64,000 bases of DNA from NCBI GenBank assembly GCA_016699975.1, contig CP064994.1, positions 647,828-711,827 of the forward strand. Reading direction: 5' to 3'. Position numbers and translations under genes: made by a program. This stretch comes from Candidatus Moraniibacteriota bacterium. GTDB lineage: Bacteria > Patescibacteriota > Minisyncoccia > Moranbacterales > UBA1568. The notes beneath the pieces were generated by a model, which saw only the letters and a program-made list of their open reading frames with translations, was not told where the DNA came from and ran no database searches. This document shows, piece by piece, positions 18,648 through 28,529 of the stretch (the stretch's first letter is position 1; each line of letters starts with the position of its first letter).

Positions 18648-19910
18648 TCATTTGAGCATACCTCCCCACACCACTACCGTAAAACCCTTTCGCTCGGGAG
18701 TCCGGACTGAAAACGAAGGAGCGGGCTCATTCGAAGTGCGACCTTCATAATCAAGAAGGATGCGAATGACCGTATCGGGCGTTGGATGAATGCGAAGAGG
18801 CGCCACGCGATCGATAAAATCACGCGACAGAAAAGTCACAAAGAAAAACGGCGACGGATCATCTTGCATTTTCGGGATCCAAAATTCTTTAAAGTCAGTC
18901 ACTTCTTTTCCACGAAGACCAAGTTCTGCAAGCTTCTCGTCAAAAAACGAATTGAGTTGGTTTCGATCCACGACGAATCCTTCTTTGGGCATCCTATAGG
19001 GGATGTCGCTCGATCCTTCCCAGAAAAGCGAATCGTATGTTTTTCCGTCCCGAAGATCGGTCAGGAGACCCGTGGGAGTCGCCCGTACCTTCCAACCGTT
19101 TCCGTAATCGGGATCCGAAATACGCACGCCTTCACTCGGAAAAACGCGGACCGATACTGTTGTCGGTCTCTCGGGATAGAGGTACAAAACGGGTTTCCCG
19201 CATTCGGCGAGCGGCCGCTGTGTCGAATTGTAAAACGCAAGTATTCGACCAAACGGATCTTTCCAAAAAACTTTAAAGTGATTTTCGAGGAGCTCTTCCG
19301 CCTGAAGCGGCTCTTTCGATCGGTATGCAACCATAGCTTTGAATTCCTGCACGAATCCGGGTCGACTCACATTTTTGTATCCGTAGAGCGGGTCCCCTTT
19401 CGAAGTTTTGCCGACGAGAACGAGGTCTTTTTTTATATCAACCTCTTTCGTTTCGTTGTAAGCGTACACTCTTCTGCCACATCCTCCAGGCGAAATCTCG
19501 TACACATCGGAGTTCACGGTGCCATCGTTCCATATGGCGTCAAGTACGCCGGAATCATAGTTATTCTCAGTAACCACATCGGGAATGAATCGATAGGCAA
19601 CCGAAGTGCCGTCCGGCGCTTTGAAAAAAAATCGCTCAGTGAGGAAGACATTGTTTTCATCACAATATCCTTTTCCTTCTTTGCCGATAAAGCGGTTCGC
19701 CGGGAGACATGCCGAGAACGAAGTCTCGGGGGCGTTAGGAGAGGTCATCCAAACAGGGCCGTACTCCGGATGAGAAAACGCCGGAACAAGACTCTTCGAA
19801 GAAAAGAGAATTGGAATTTCATAGTCATCTTGCAGCAAGAATCGTTCCCGCTCATTTCTTCCCGTCAGCTCTTTTGGGAAAGACAATTCCTCAAAGGCGA
19901 CGTCAGACAC
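18648..19910 (-). CDS. hypothetical protein (420 aa)
   Basis: Long ORF with consistent codon usage and no recognised motif. Its start overlaps the next ORF by 46 nt. Confidence 0.4.
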   Translation of the reverse strand: MSDVAFEELSFPKELTGRNERERFLLQDDYEIPILFSSKSLVPAFSHPEYGPVWMTSPNAPETSFSACLPANRFIGKEGKGYCDENNVFLTERFFFKAPDGTSVAYRFIPDVVTENNYDSGVLDAIWNDGTVNSDVYEISPGGCGRRVYAYNETKEVDIKKDLVLVGKTSKGDPLYGYKNVSRPGFVQEFKAMVAYRSKEPLQAEELLENHFKVFWKDPFGRILAFYNSTQRPLAECGKPVLYLYPERPTTVSVRVFPSEGVRISDPDYGNGWKVRATPTGLLTDLRDGKTYDSLFWEGSSDIPYRMPKEGFVVDRNQLNSFFDEKLAELGLRGKEVTDFKEFWIPKMQDDPSPFFFVTFLSRDFIDRVAPLRIHPTPDTVIRILLDYEGRTSNEPAPSFSVRTPERKGFTVVVWGGMLK

Positions 19911-20527
19911 ATACGAAATTTTTCACCCTCCTTTTCTCGGAAGACAGTCTCGCGAAGCGTTTTTTCTTGGAGAGAACTCCCTTCGGACGGGAGAAGTATC
20001 CACGATTCATTCCCTTTTCGGAGTATGCGAAAAAAATAGCGAAACGGCCCCGGGAAGTCCGACTGCATATGTGCCACAAAAAGAAGCACTTCCGCATCGA
20101 GGAACGCACCACTCGTCACCGTCCCGACACGAAAGTAATGTGCCCCGAACGAAGTATCTGTGTCAGAGATTTTTCCGCCACGATAGAATACTTTTTCGGT
20201 CATGCCGATGTCGCCAATCTCTTTCGGCGCCTGCCACAGAACTTCTCCCTTTTTGATCACTCTGCGGGACTCAGTTTTCGCATCTTCATTTTGAGATTCT
20301 TCGCGCACCTTCTGGTCGTTCAATTTTTCTTGAGGAATTGTTCCCTTTTCATCCTCTCCTGTTTGAGATGTTTTCAACGGCAGAAGATTTGTTTTTCGGA
20401 AAAGGTCAGGAAGATCGGTATGACGAAAAAGAGTAAAGAAAACGAGGAGAGCGAGGATGCCATACATCACTCCGAGAAGCGCAATGAGTCTTCTTTGACC
20501 AGATGTTTCTTCCCGATCCTTTTCCAT
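19865..20527 (-). CDS. hypothetical membrane-anchored protein (220 aa)
   Basis: N-terminal TM helix (LIALLGVMYGILALLVFFTLF). May be contiguous with 18648-19910. Confidence 0.35.
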   Translation of the reverse strand: MEKDREETSGQRRLIALLGVMYGILALLVFFTLFRHTDLPDLFRKTNLLPLKTSQTGEDEKGTIPQEKLNDQKVREESQNEDAKTESRRVIKKGEVLWQAPKEIGDIGMTEKVFYRGGKISDTDTSFGAHYFRVGTVTSGAFLDAEVLLFVAHMQSDFPGPFRYFFRILRKGNESWILLPSEGSSLQEKTLRETVFREKEGEKFRMCLTSPLRNCLSQKS

Positions 20528-20873
20528 AAAATTGTATTTTACGAGTAAATTTTAGTATGAAGATTCGAAATTTCCGAGAACTTCTTTCAAAAATATTCGT
20601 CAATTGAAATGAGAATCCTTCGAGCAAGGGGGGCACGACGCCGCAAGAGATTGAGAAGCGAGAGGAGTCAACTTAAAATGAAGTATGCGCTCTTTGAAGT
20701 TGGAAAAATCGAGCACAGAGTCATGGAAAATATGTGGAAGAATTTTTCTTTCAGAAAACGAGCATTCGCAGTGACTCTCTCCGTATATTCTCGCCGAGCA
20801 CCCGAAAAAAGAAGAGGGAAAGAAGCCGAATGGGAATGCTTTTTTGGGCGAGAAAAACCGTGTGAACAGAGTA

Positions 20874-21587
20874 TCACCAGCCCTTTTTTTCGAGAGCATT
20901 CTTCGCGGCAAATCGCTGCGCTTCTTGCTTGGAATTGCCCATACCTTCAGCGATAAGTTCTTCTCCCAAATAGGCGCCCGCCGTAAATTGTTTGTCATGA
21001 TCGGGACCGGATTCGAAGAGGACACGGTACGATGGCGTAATGCCAAGACGCGTCTGCGCCTGTTCTTGGAAGAGACTTTTGGGATCGGCGTAGAGCTTCT
21101 GATCGAAAACGTGAGGGAGGCGACTCACGATGACCCGCAGAATAAAATTTTTCGCCGCCTCATATCCTTGATCCAGGTAGAGCGCCCCGATAATCGCTTC
21201 CATCGCATTTGCTATAAGGTATTGTCGGGATCGACCAGTATCCTTCGCTTCCCCGCGACTCATAAGGAGAAAAGGTTCGATACCAAGATCACCTCCTACT
21301 CGCGATAACATTTCTCCGTTTACCAAAGCAGCTCTCCAGCTCGTTAACTCTCCTTCAGGGTTCGGAAAATGGTGATAGAGATACTCGGTAACGACAAGTT
21401 CGAGAACCGCATCTCCCAAAAATTCCAGGCGCTCGTTATGGTCGAGGGTATATCCGCGATGCTCATTGAGGTATGAACGGTGAGTGAGAGCAGTTTGAAA
21501 GAAGTCCGCGTTCGAAAAAGGAACACCGAGAATGCGAGAAACGGAAGAGGCGTCGAATGGTTGCATAGCGAAAACTTCCCCGGACAA
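20874..21587 (-). CDS. rnc: ribonuclease III
   Basis: RNase III signature ERLEFLGDAVLELVVTEYLY plus a C-terminal dsRBD. Confidence 0.9.
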   Translation of the reverse strand: MSGEVFAMQPFDASSVSRILGVPFSNADFFQTALTHRSYLNEHRGYTLDHNERLEFLGDAVLELVVTEYLYHHFPNPEGELTSWRAALVNGEMLSRVGGDLGIEPFLLMSRGEAKDTGRSRQYLIANAMEAIIGALYLDQGYEAAKNFILRVIVSRLPHVFDQKLYADPKSLFQEQAQTRLGITPSYRVLFESGPDHDKQFTAGAYLGEELIAEGMGNSKQEAQRFAAKNALEKKGW

Positions 21588-21678
21588 AGAAGACCCTCAA
21601 AAAGTTTCGAGTGCCCCTCGTGTCCGCGGGGAAAGAAAAAGAAAATAGTCGCGGTTGTCCGCGTCTTCAATTATTTAT

Positions 21679-22206
21679 TTATTCATGAGAAGTCCCCGGG
21701 GAAGATTCAGAATGAATGGGTAGCGTTTCGGACTCTTTCAGTTCGAGAGCCGCCCGACGCTTCTCACTCGAATCATCTTTCATGGGTTCCCCCATTTCAC
21801 GGTAAATCGTTCCCAAAACACCATTTACAAATCGAGGCGAACTGTCACTCCCGAATGTTTTGGAAAGTTCGATTGATTCATTGATTGCTACCTTGGGCGG
21901 GACTTCGTCGTAGTTGCCGTAGAGGAGTTCAAAGATGCCGAGACGCAAAATATTGCGGTCGATCGCCGTAATCTGATCAAGCGGCCATTCGGGTGCACAC
22001 TTTTCAATTAATCGATCAATCGTGGAGCGGTGAGAGAGCACTCCTTCGATGAGGAGCCGCGTAAAGGAGGCGTCCTCGAGACCGGGGGCGAATTCGGAAA
22101 GATTGCGAGTTACGATGTCGGGCATGGATTCATCGGTTCTCTTTCCGAAGTCCCACTCAAAAAGAGACTGCATCGCAATCGATCGTTGAAGGTGCCGATT
22201 CGCCAT
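21679..22206 (-). CDS. nusB: transcription antitermination factor NusB
   Basis: RRSARELAMQALF-like N-terminus (RHLQRSIAMQSLFEWDF) and NusB fold length, with an acidic tail. Confidence 0.8.
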   Translation of the reverse strand: MANRHLQRSIAMQSLFEWDFGKRTDESMPDIVTRNLSEFAPGLEDASFTRLLIEGVLSHRSTIDRLIEKCAPEWPLDQITAIDRNILRLGIFELLYGNYDEVPPKVAINESIELSKTFGSDSSPRFVNGVLGTIYREMGEPMKDDSSEKRRAALELKESETLPIHSESSPGTSHE

Positions 22207-22287
22207 AATAAAAAACGAAGTCCAAACGTTTGTCGCTCACCATGTTTCTCATTTCAAGCAAACCAGAAAAAGAAACAAGAACACGAC

Positions 22288-22509
22288 TTATTGTACGCTC
22301 TCCGCCCTTTTCTTCTTTGGAGGAACAGATTCTTTCGAGGAGCTGCCATATTTACGGCCACGATAGGTGTGACACACCGGGCAGGCGCGATGCAAAAGCA
22401 TGGGCGATGAGCAGCTCGGACAGACAGAAAGATTTTTTGGCTTCTTGACATATCGAGTTCTGCCACGCGCTTGACGGCGATTCGAGTGACGTTGCTTTGG
22501 TACCGACAT
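22288..22509 (-). CDS. rpmF: 50S ribosomal protein L32
   Basis: MSVPKQRHSNRRQ... N-terminus and a CxxC...CxxC zinc ribbon (CPSC...CPVC). Confidence 0.8.
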   Translation of the reverse strand: MSVPKQRHSNRRQARGRTRYVKKPKNLSVCPSCSSPMLLHRACPVCHTYRGRKYGSSSKESVPPKKKRAESVQ

Positions 22510-22542
22510 AGAAAAACAGAAATATGGTTTGAGATCACTGTA

Positions 22543-23304
22543 TCAGTTTTTTTTCTCGGTGGCAAATGTGGGTTCGATCACTGTCAGCATGGGACTCCTG
22601 TGGCGATTTTTCCTCAAGAGAACAGGCCGGAAAGACTCTCGGTGCTCGGGACACGGACCATAGTGTTCGAGCGCATTTCGATGAAGCAAGGTTCCATATC
22701 CTTTGTGTTTGGCAAACCCGAATTGAGGATAGCGCCGATCAATATCGATCATAAGCCGATCCCTCGTCACCTTTGCCAAAATGGATGCTGCCGCAATGGA
22801 GAAAGAACTTCCGTCACCGCGAATGATCGCGTGCTGCCTCACTCCCTCGGGAAGTCCAGGGATCGTGGCATTCCCATCGACCAATACCGCAACCGACGAC
22901 AATTCTCCACCATACTTCTCCGAAAAGTTTAATTGATGAAAAAGCGATTGAAGCGCTCGCCTCATCGAAAGAAAGGTGGCCTCTCGAATATTCATTCGAT
23001 CGATATCGAGAGAGGAAACCATGCCAATACTCCACAGAAAATGTTGTTTGACGAATTCGTACGAACGCTCACGACGTTCTTCGGACAACGACTTCGAATC
23101 GCGCACATGGCGCTCAAGCTCTTCGAAAAGAGCACTCCCCCTCTGGGGAAAATCGCCAAGAAACACTGCTGCTGCGGAAACTACGGGTCCAGCCCACGGA
23201 CCACGACCTGCTTCGTCGACTCCGACCATCAACCGAGACCCGTTTTCACTCCATCGTTTTTCATGCTCCCACGTAGGAAGGGATGAATGTATACTGATCG
23301 TCAT
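22543..23304 (-). CDS. rnhB: ribonuclease HII
   Basis: VGVDEAGRGPWAGPVV (the RNase HII DEAGRG motif) and a full ~225-aa RNase HII body. The start codon overlaps the upstream gene's stop (ATGA). Confidence 0.8.
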   Translation of the reverse strand: MTISIHSSLPTWEHEKRWSENGSRLMVGVDEAGRGPWAGPVVSAAAVFLGDFPQRGSALFEELERHVRDSKSLSEERRERSYEFVKQHFLWSIGMVSSLDIDRMNIREATFLSMRRALQSLFHQLNFSEKYGGELSSVAVLVDGNATIPGLPEGVRQHAIIRGDGSSFSIAAASILAKVTRDRLMIDIDRRYPQFGFAKHKGYGTLLHRNALEHYGPCPEHRESFRPVLLRKNRHRSPMLTVIEPTFATEKKN

Positions 23305-24423
23305 TGCCGCTTGGGTGATTTCAGTGTTATCTCGACAATTTCCGGACGGTTTCCCGTGCGCATGGGAGGGCCCCACGTTCCCACCCCGTTTGACACAAAC
23401 AAAGTATAGTTTCCTCTCTGAAGAGGCATCTCCAGAGCCTCGATAAATCATGCTCGTTATGAAATTGAAAGGAAACATTTGTCCGCGGTGCGTATGTCCC
23501 GAGAGTTGAAGGTTCACACCGAGAGATCGAAATTTTTCGATATGAGTCGGCGCGTGGTAAAGAAGGATGAGGGGTTCCTCCGAGCTTGAAGCAATAATTC
23601 TCCGCGCCACATCAGCCACGTCTTTCTCGTCACCACGATCGGGGTATTCTATTCCGAGAAGACGAAGCCCGTCGATCGGAACCATTTCGTCATCCAAAAT
23701 ACGAATGCCTGTTTCCTTGAGGAGAGCGTATGTTTTTTCGATACCGAGATACGTCTCATGGTTTCCAGCAACGAAGAACACTCCGTGCGGCGCATGAAGT
23801 GAAGAAATTGCCCCGATCGTTTTTTCAATTCCACCGTCGACGCCATCGAAGAGGTCGCCGGTTATGACGATGAGGTCAGGCTCAAGTCTCTTCGTTGTTT
23901 CGGAAACCTGTCGCATGAAAGACGCGCCATAGACAGCGCCAAGATGAATATCCGAAAGTTGGACAATGCGTTTTCCTTCCCAGGAGAGAGGAAGGTTCGG
24001 AATCGAAACATCGATACGACGAAGAGCAGGATGAAATGAATTCCACACGCCGAAAGCGGAAACAAGGAGTGCCAACGCAAAAAAGAAACTTGCAAGACCT
24101 TTCGCCGAGAGCGGGAGTGACAGAGCACGAAATACGAAGAGCGTTACCCACACTGCAGACGCCGCAAAAACAAGCTGCGTTCCCGTGCCGAGCACTACCG
24201 CGGAGACCGTATAAAAATTCCTTCCCCATTCATTTTCCACAGAAACCAGGAAAGAAGCGACGATGAAAATGAGTGGGATACAGGCAGTTCCGAAAAAGAT
24301 CATTCGTTTTCGAGAAATGCTTCTCACCGAGAAAAAACGAATGAACGAAAAAGCAAGAAAAGATGATCCTCCAAAGAGAATCGTAAGCGCGATCAGAAAA
24401 AAGATGAGGAAGAATATCGTCAT
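23301..24423 (-). CDS. membrane-anchored metallophosphoesterase (YkuE-like calcineurin-fold), interrupted by a frameshift in a C4/G4 run near 23384-23387
   Basis: N-terminal TM helices; GDLFDG, GNHE and GHTHRGQ phosphoesterase motifs. The canonical C-terminus VGTWGPPMRTGNRPEIVEITL is recovered in the +1 frame and ends at a TGA overlapping the rnhB ATG. Confidence 0.7.
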
Positions 24424-25568
24424 ACGGCACCCCGAAGAATGGTATTCGCATTTTCCTTGTCGCTTCGATTGTCCTCAAGGGAGAGCGCTGGCACAAGCGA
24501 GAGAAAAAGAAGGGCGGCTGGCAAGAAGAATACCAGAGAGAGCGGGACAAAGAAAAGCGCGATACCAAGAATGACGGCCGCGAGTATATTGCCGACAGGA
24601 GAGGCTGTTCGAAAAAATGCAATGAGATCGGCGTCATTACTTCCGATCCGTTTATAGAAGTATGAGTCGCGCAACACTTCGATCGCAGCAATGCCCAGCC
24701 GCGTCGAGAAAAGCACTCCCGCCCACAAGACGACATTCGAACTCTCGAGAAATCCGACGAGCGCCGTTGAAACTGCGGCGAGAAAAATTGATCCGAGCAG
24801 TAATTCTTTTTCACCGGTCTTTCGGTCCGCGAGGAGGCCAAGCGGATACTGAATCACTACGAAAGGAAGAAGCATAATGGTAAAGACGATACCGATATCA
24901 CTCCAGTCCATACTGAGCTCGCGAAGACGAAGGGGCATATAGACGATCATCACCGCATAAAAAAATTCCATGGCACACGAAATCGCATAAATACGGAGAA
25001 TGTCAGGCCGCCGAAACGCGCGTCCGAAGAAGGAGAATGAGGAAATATCTTTCTTTCTCCCAAGAGGAACACGAGAAAAGAATACTAAAAAGAGTGTAAA
25101 GAGGAGTGAAAAAAGAATGAGACTTGCCGAGAACACACCCGAGAAACCATACCGAGTGAGAAGCTGTGTCGACAAAAATGGAGCAATCAGGAGTCCCAGA
25201 TTCATTGCTGAGAGATGGATACTCCGAATCCTTCCAGAAAAACGATCTTCCGAAAAGTTTTCGAGAATGGTATCGAGAATGGTCCACCCCACCGTCACCA
25301 AAAGAAAGTACCAAACCAAAAAAAATGCGCCGGCATGTGAAACCGGAAAAAAGAGAAGCGGCGCATGAACAAGTCCCACCCCAAAAAGCAATACCAAAAA
25401 AAGTGAAATGCCCGAAAAATATCGAAAGGCTCTCGGAAGAAGGAGAAGCGCTCCAAAGACGCCTCCAAAGATAAGAAGGTAAAAAATACTTACATTCTCA
25501 TGGCCGATCGCTTCTTCGAAATACGACGAAGCAACATAGAGCGGGAAGGCGCTTGCAAAACCAAACAA
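24420..25568 (-). CDS. MFS-type transporter
   Basis: About 12 predicted TM helices in two halves, with basic inter-helix loops. Confidence 0.5.
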   Translation of the reverse strand: MFGFASAFPLYVASSYFEEAIGHENVSIFYLLIFGGVFGALLLLPRAFRYFSGISLFLVLLFGVGLVHAPLLFFPVSHAGAFFLVWYFLLVTVGWTILDTILENFSEDRFSGRIRSIHLSAMNLGLLIAPFLSTQLLTRYGFSGVFSASLILFSLLFTLFLVFFSRVPLGRKKDISSFSFFGRAFRRPDILRIYAISCAMEFFYAVMIVYMPLRLRELSMDWSDIGIVFTIMLLPFVVIQYPLGLLADRKTGEKELLLGSIFLAAVSTALVGFLESSNVVLWAGVLFSTRLGIAAIEVLRDSYFYKRIGSNDADLIAFFRTASPVGNILAAVILGIALFFVPLSLVFFLPAALLFLSLVPALSLEDNRSDKENANTILRGAV

Positions 25569-25716
25569 AAAAGAAAAAAAACCGAGTTCTTTGGTACGAA
25601 TGGGGTCGTAGTGTTCTGGATGGAATGGTTACGGAGAAAGATCCTACTCCGGAAGAGGAGAGGACATGAAGACATTATCCCAGAAAAAGAAACCGCTGTC
25701 GAAAGCGGCGCGAGAC

Positions 25717-26385
25717 TTACTTGAGACATCCGGGTGTATACCCTTTCGATCGCGCGTCTTCTTCCGAAGAAAAACAGACTCGATTCGCCGGTTTGATGCG
25801 ACGCGCCCACGAACACGTTGGCAAATGGTATTTGTCGGAATTTTTGCTCCCCACAAATACACAGGAGGAAGCTCCCTTCTCAGGAGAAGACGAGGCCTCG
25901 ATTTTTTGAGAAGATTCTTCTGTCGCCCCGGTCTTCTGGGGAACGATTTCCGAAATGAGTGTTGCTGTGGAAGCGGCGCCCGCTCCCTTGCGAGCAAGAT
26001 TACTCGCCTCATTTCCTGATGCGGGCAGATTGGAAAGCGGATTCGAGGAAGCCGTATTCATCTCACGGGAAGCAGTTTCCATGGGGAGCGTAACGACAAC
26101 CGGATCAACTGTTCGATCGCGACCGTACAAAAATCCCCCCTCGAAAGAAAGAGCCAATGAGACGACAAATCCGATTGAGAAAAGCATCTGCTTGCCAAAT
26201 CTTTTTGCAAGACGAGCAACTCGTTCCGGAACTTGTGCAAAAAAGTTGTGCAGTATTTTCTTCATAATGCGCCATAGTAGCGCGCATACCCAAAGAGCGC
26301 AATACGAAAAAGCAAACCATATTGACAGGGAGTATAAAAAGTAATATCCTGCCCCTGTTACCCTTTTTTTGCATGTATGGCACAC
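25717..26385 (-). CDS. hypothetical membrane-anchored protein with a C-terminal Cys/His-rich motif ([12 protein letters not shown]...CF...GYTPGC); true start probably internal (~26265)
   Basis: TM segment, a low-complexity Ser/Ala linker, and a conserved-looking C-terminal motif. The ORF start overlaps rpmA. Confidence 0.3.
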   Translation of the reverse strand: MCHTCKKRVTGAGYYFLYSLSIWFAFSYCALWVCALLWRIMKKILHNFFAQVPERVARLAKRFGKQMLFSIGFVVSLALSFEGGFLYGRDRTVDPVVVTLPMETASREMNTASSNPLSNLPASGNEASNLARKGAGAASTATLISEIVPQKTGATEESSQKIEASSSPEKGASSCVFVGSKNSDKYHLPTCSWARRIKPANRVCFSSEEDARSKGYTPGCLK

Positions 26386-26649
26386 AGGAAAGCTGGAGGC
26401 TCAACAAATCTCGGACGCGATTCCATATCAAAGCGTCTCGGCGTCAAAGCGTTTGGCGGTGAAAAAGTTCGTCCTGGAGAAATTATCATTCGCCAGCGTG
26501 GGACAAAGTTTCATCCGGGCAAAAACGTGCGACAAGGTGCCGATGACACACTCTTCTCGATTGCGGAAGGCACAGTGTCTTTTACGCACAAGAAAGTAAT
26601 TTCTTTCACCGGAAAACTCGCGAAACGAAGATTCGTGAATGTTGTTTGA
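26377..26649 (+). CDS. rpmA: 50S ribosomal protein L27
   Basis: [29 protein letters not shown]...[12 protein letters not shown] matches bL27 end to end. Confidence 0.9.
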   Translation: MAHRKAGGSTNLGRDSISKRLGVKAFGGEKVRPGEIIIRQRGTKFHPGKNVRQGADDTLFSIAEGTVSFTHKKVISFTGKLAKRRFVNVV

Positions 26650-26710
26650 TTGTATTGGTATTGGAGGCAATGAAATCGAAATAGATAAAGATATAAGTAG
26701 AAGCAAAAGA

Positions 26711-26739
26711 AAAGAGTCTGAATGGTTTTCAGACTCTTT
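26711..26739. terminator. rho-independent terminator after rpmA; bidirectional with the convergent hydrolase gene
   Basis: AAAGAGTCTGAA-TGGTT-TTCAGACTCTTT perfect 12-bp stem followed by TTTTTG. Confidence 0.7.
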
Positions 26740-26756
26740 TTGTTGATACATTTAAC

Positions 26757-27695
26757 TTACCCACCTTCCTCTCCAGGAAGAGGGGGCTCTATTAATCGAA
26801 AAGAACTCATGACTGCCTTAAAGATGATACTCCCTTCATCAGCAAGACGATCATTAAATTCCTGATGGGTATAACCCGGAGGTGAAATGATAGAAACCTC
26901 CGTAACCGTTGCGAGAGCCGAGGCAAATTGCAAGGATTGCTGAATTGCTCGGTCTTTATCCCGGTATGCCACCAGAAATTTTGGAATTGAATCTCCCTCT
27001 TGCTCTCTCTGGCTTTTTTCGGGTTTCTTCTCAGCCTGAGCTTTCATTTCCTCCGCCGATTTCACGGGAGAAATATGATAGAGGTACTCTGCATTCAGCT
27101 GATCACCAAAAACAGGACCAAAATTTTCTGACCACGTTTTGGAATCAACATTTTGGGCCACCTCACTCATGTTCATTGGCCCATCCAAAAGTACCACCCG
27201 AGAGATTCTTTCAATGACCTTGCGATCAAGGACATTATTCTTCGAATCCAGTATAGCCTTTGCAACAATATTGGCTCCGAAGCTATGACTGGAAACCACT
27301 ATTGGTTTCCCCACAACACTAAAGAAGAAACGTGTGTCAATGAAGTCAAGGGCGGCTTTGATTGCTACCGCCACGTCATTAACTTGCTCCTCATAAGAAG
27401 CGCGTGGGAAAAGTCTATAGTTGGCGGACATGAAAATCACGCCATTTTTATTGAAGACCTCGGCTATTTCCCTGTAGATCTTATTCCCTTTATCCCCCTC
27501 GATTCCGTATCCTCCATGAAAATGTATTATAAACCCATTGATCTCTATCTTCTTTTTAGGAAGATAAACATCAACTTCTTGTTCTGCCGAGGGCCCATAA
27601 GAAAAAACATCGTCGGGACTTAATGGGCCTCCCCATGAAGAATAAGGGAGTGAGAAAAGAATAATTACCAAAAAAAATATTTTTTTCATGTTCAT
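26757..27695 (-). CDS. secreted alpha/beta-hydrolase (esterase/lipase-like)
   Basis: GGAGG RBS 5 nt upstream of the ATG at 27695. Signal peptide MNMKKIFFLVIILFSL; HGGYG oxyanion-hole-like motif; SHSFG nucleophile elbow (GxSxG). Confidence 0.6.
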   Translation of the reverse strand: MNMKKIFFLVIILFSLPYSSWGGPLSPDDVFSYGPSAEQEVDVYLPKKKIEINGFIIHFHGGYGIEGDKGNKIYREIAEVFNKNGVIFMSANYRLFPRASYEEQVNDVAVAIKAALDFIDTRFFFSVVGKPIVVSSHSFGANIVAKAILDSKNNVLDRKVIERISRVVLLDGPMNMSEVAQNVDSKTWSENFGPVFGDQLNAEYLYHISPVKSAEEMKAQAEKKPEKSQREQEGDSIPKFLVAYRDKDRAIQQSLQFASALATVTEVSIISPPGYTHQEFNDRLADEGSIIFKAVMSSFRLIEPPLPGEEGG

Positions 27696-27977
27696 GACTT
27701 CCTCCGGGGATTTCCCCGAAAAAGAATTGGATACAAAAACAGAGGGCTTCTTTGATAAATTGTCAAAGAACGTCCCCCTGTTTCTTCTGGTGGGCACACT
27801 ACAACACTTTTGTGTAAAAGTCAATATTATTTGTCTTCTATTACTGACACTTTAAGAAATTTTAATCAGAAATTGGCTCAAGAGAGCCTTGAGAAAAATA
27901 CTTTTTTTGTAAAGGTTCGTAAAATCATCCTTCCTGTACCCCCAGGAAAGCCCCTTCTCTTCATATCAAGAGCTTCT

Positions 27978-28514
27978 CTAGTGGGTCGACGAACTTTCCG
28001 CCTGAGACGCTTCCCACTCCATTGCTACCTGCTGAGCGAAAGGCGAAAAAAGTTTCTTCAATTCTTCTTCAATATTTCCTGCTTCCATCTTTTCCGATCG
28101 CCCCTCGCTTTCCTTCTCTTTGAGATACATTGAATGAATTTCTTCGATCGAACGAAAAGGGAGTTCCTCGAGTATCCTCTCGGAGATTTTGCAGTCCCTA
28201 TACCATGCAGAAAAACCTCCCATAATAATTCCAAGCCTGAGTTTTTCTCTCTCTTGTTTGGTCTGTGCTTCTTGCTTCCTCCTCTCAACTCCGTCCCATT
28301 CCTCTCCTTCCTCCACGAGCTGAGGGGTATCTTCCGTATTCTTGTTCAAAAAAGAAAGCTGCCTCTCAGCAAGCGCTTCTATAGCAAATGCTTGCACTTT
28401 TAAGTCAAACCAGTCGGAAACAATTTCTGACAGATGATCTTCTTGTTCACTCTGCTTTTCTCCGGTATTACCCCTCCGCTCTGTGTTTGCACTGCTGTAC
28501 GTTTCTTGTCTCAT
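27978..28514 (-). CDS. hypothetical acidic protein
   Basis: 178-aa Glu-rich ORF with no motif. Confidence 0.3.
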   Translation of the reverse strand: MRQETYSSANTERRGNTGEKQSEQEDHLSEIVSDWFDLKVQAFAIEALAERQLSFLNKNTEDTPQLVEEGEEWDGVERRKQEAQTKQEREKLRLGIIMGGFSAWYRDCKISERILEELPFRSIEEIHSMYLKEKESEGRSEKMEAGNIEEELKKLFSPFAQQVAMEWEASQAESSSTH

Positions 28515-28529
28515 ACAATTCTCAAAAAA

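Noticed and set aside
18786-20039. 417-aa plus-strand ORF, plus a 245-aa plus-strand ORF at 19811-20548
   Set aside because: Shadow ORFs antisense to 18648-19910 and 19865-20527. Their composition is Arg/Ser/Phe junk-like and they lack TM/motif logic, whereas the minus-strand products have a TM anchor and a globular body.
22543-24423. Single 626-aa membrane phosphoesterase-RNase HII fusion protein
   Set aside because: The phosphoesterase's conserved C-terminus and stop codon are in the +1 frame. This is two genes with ATGA overlap plus a frameshift.
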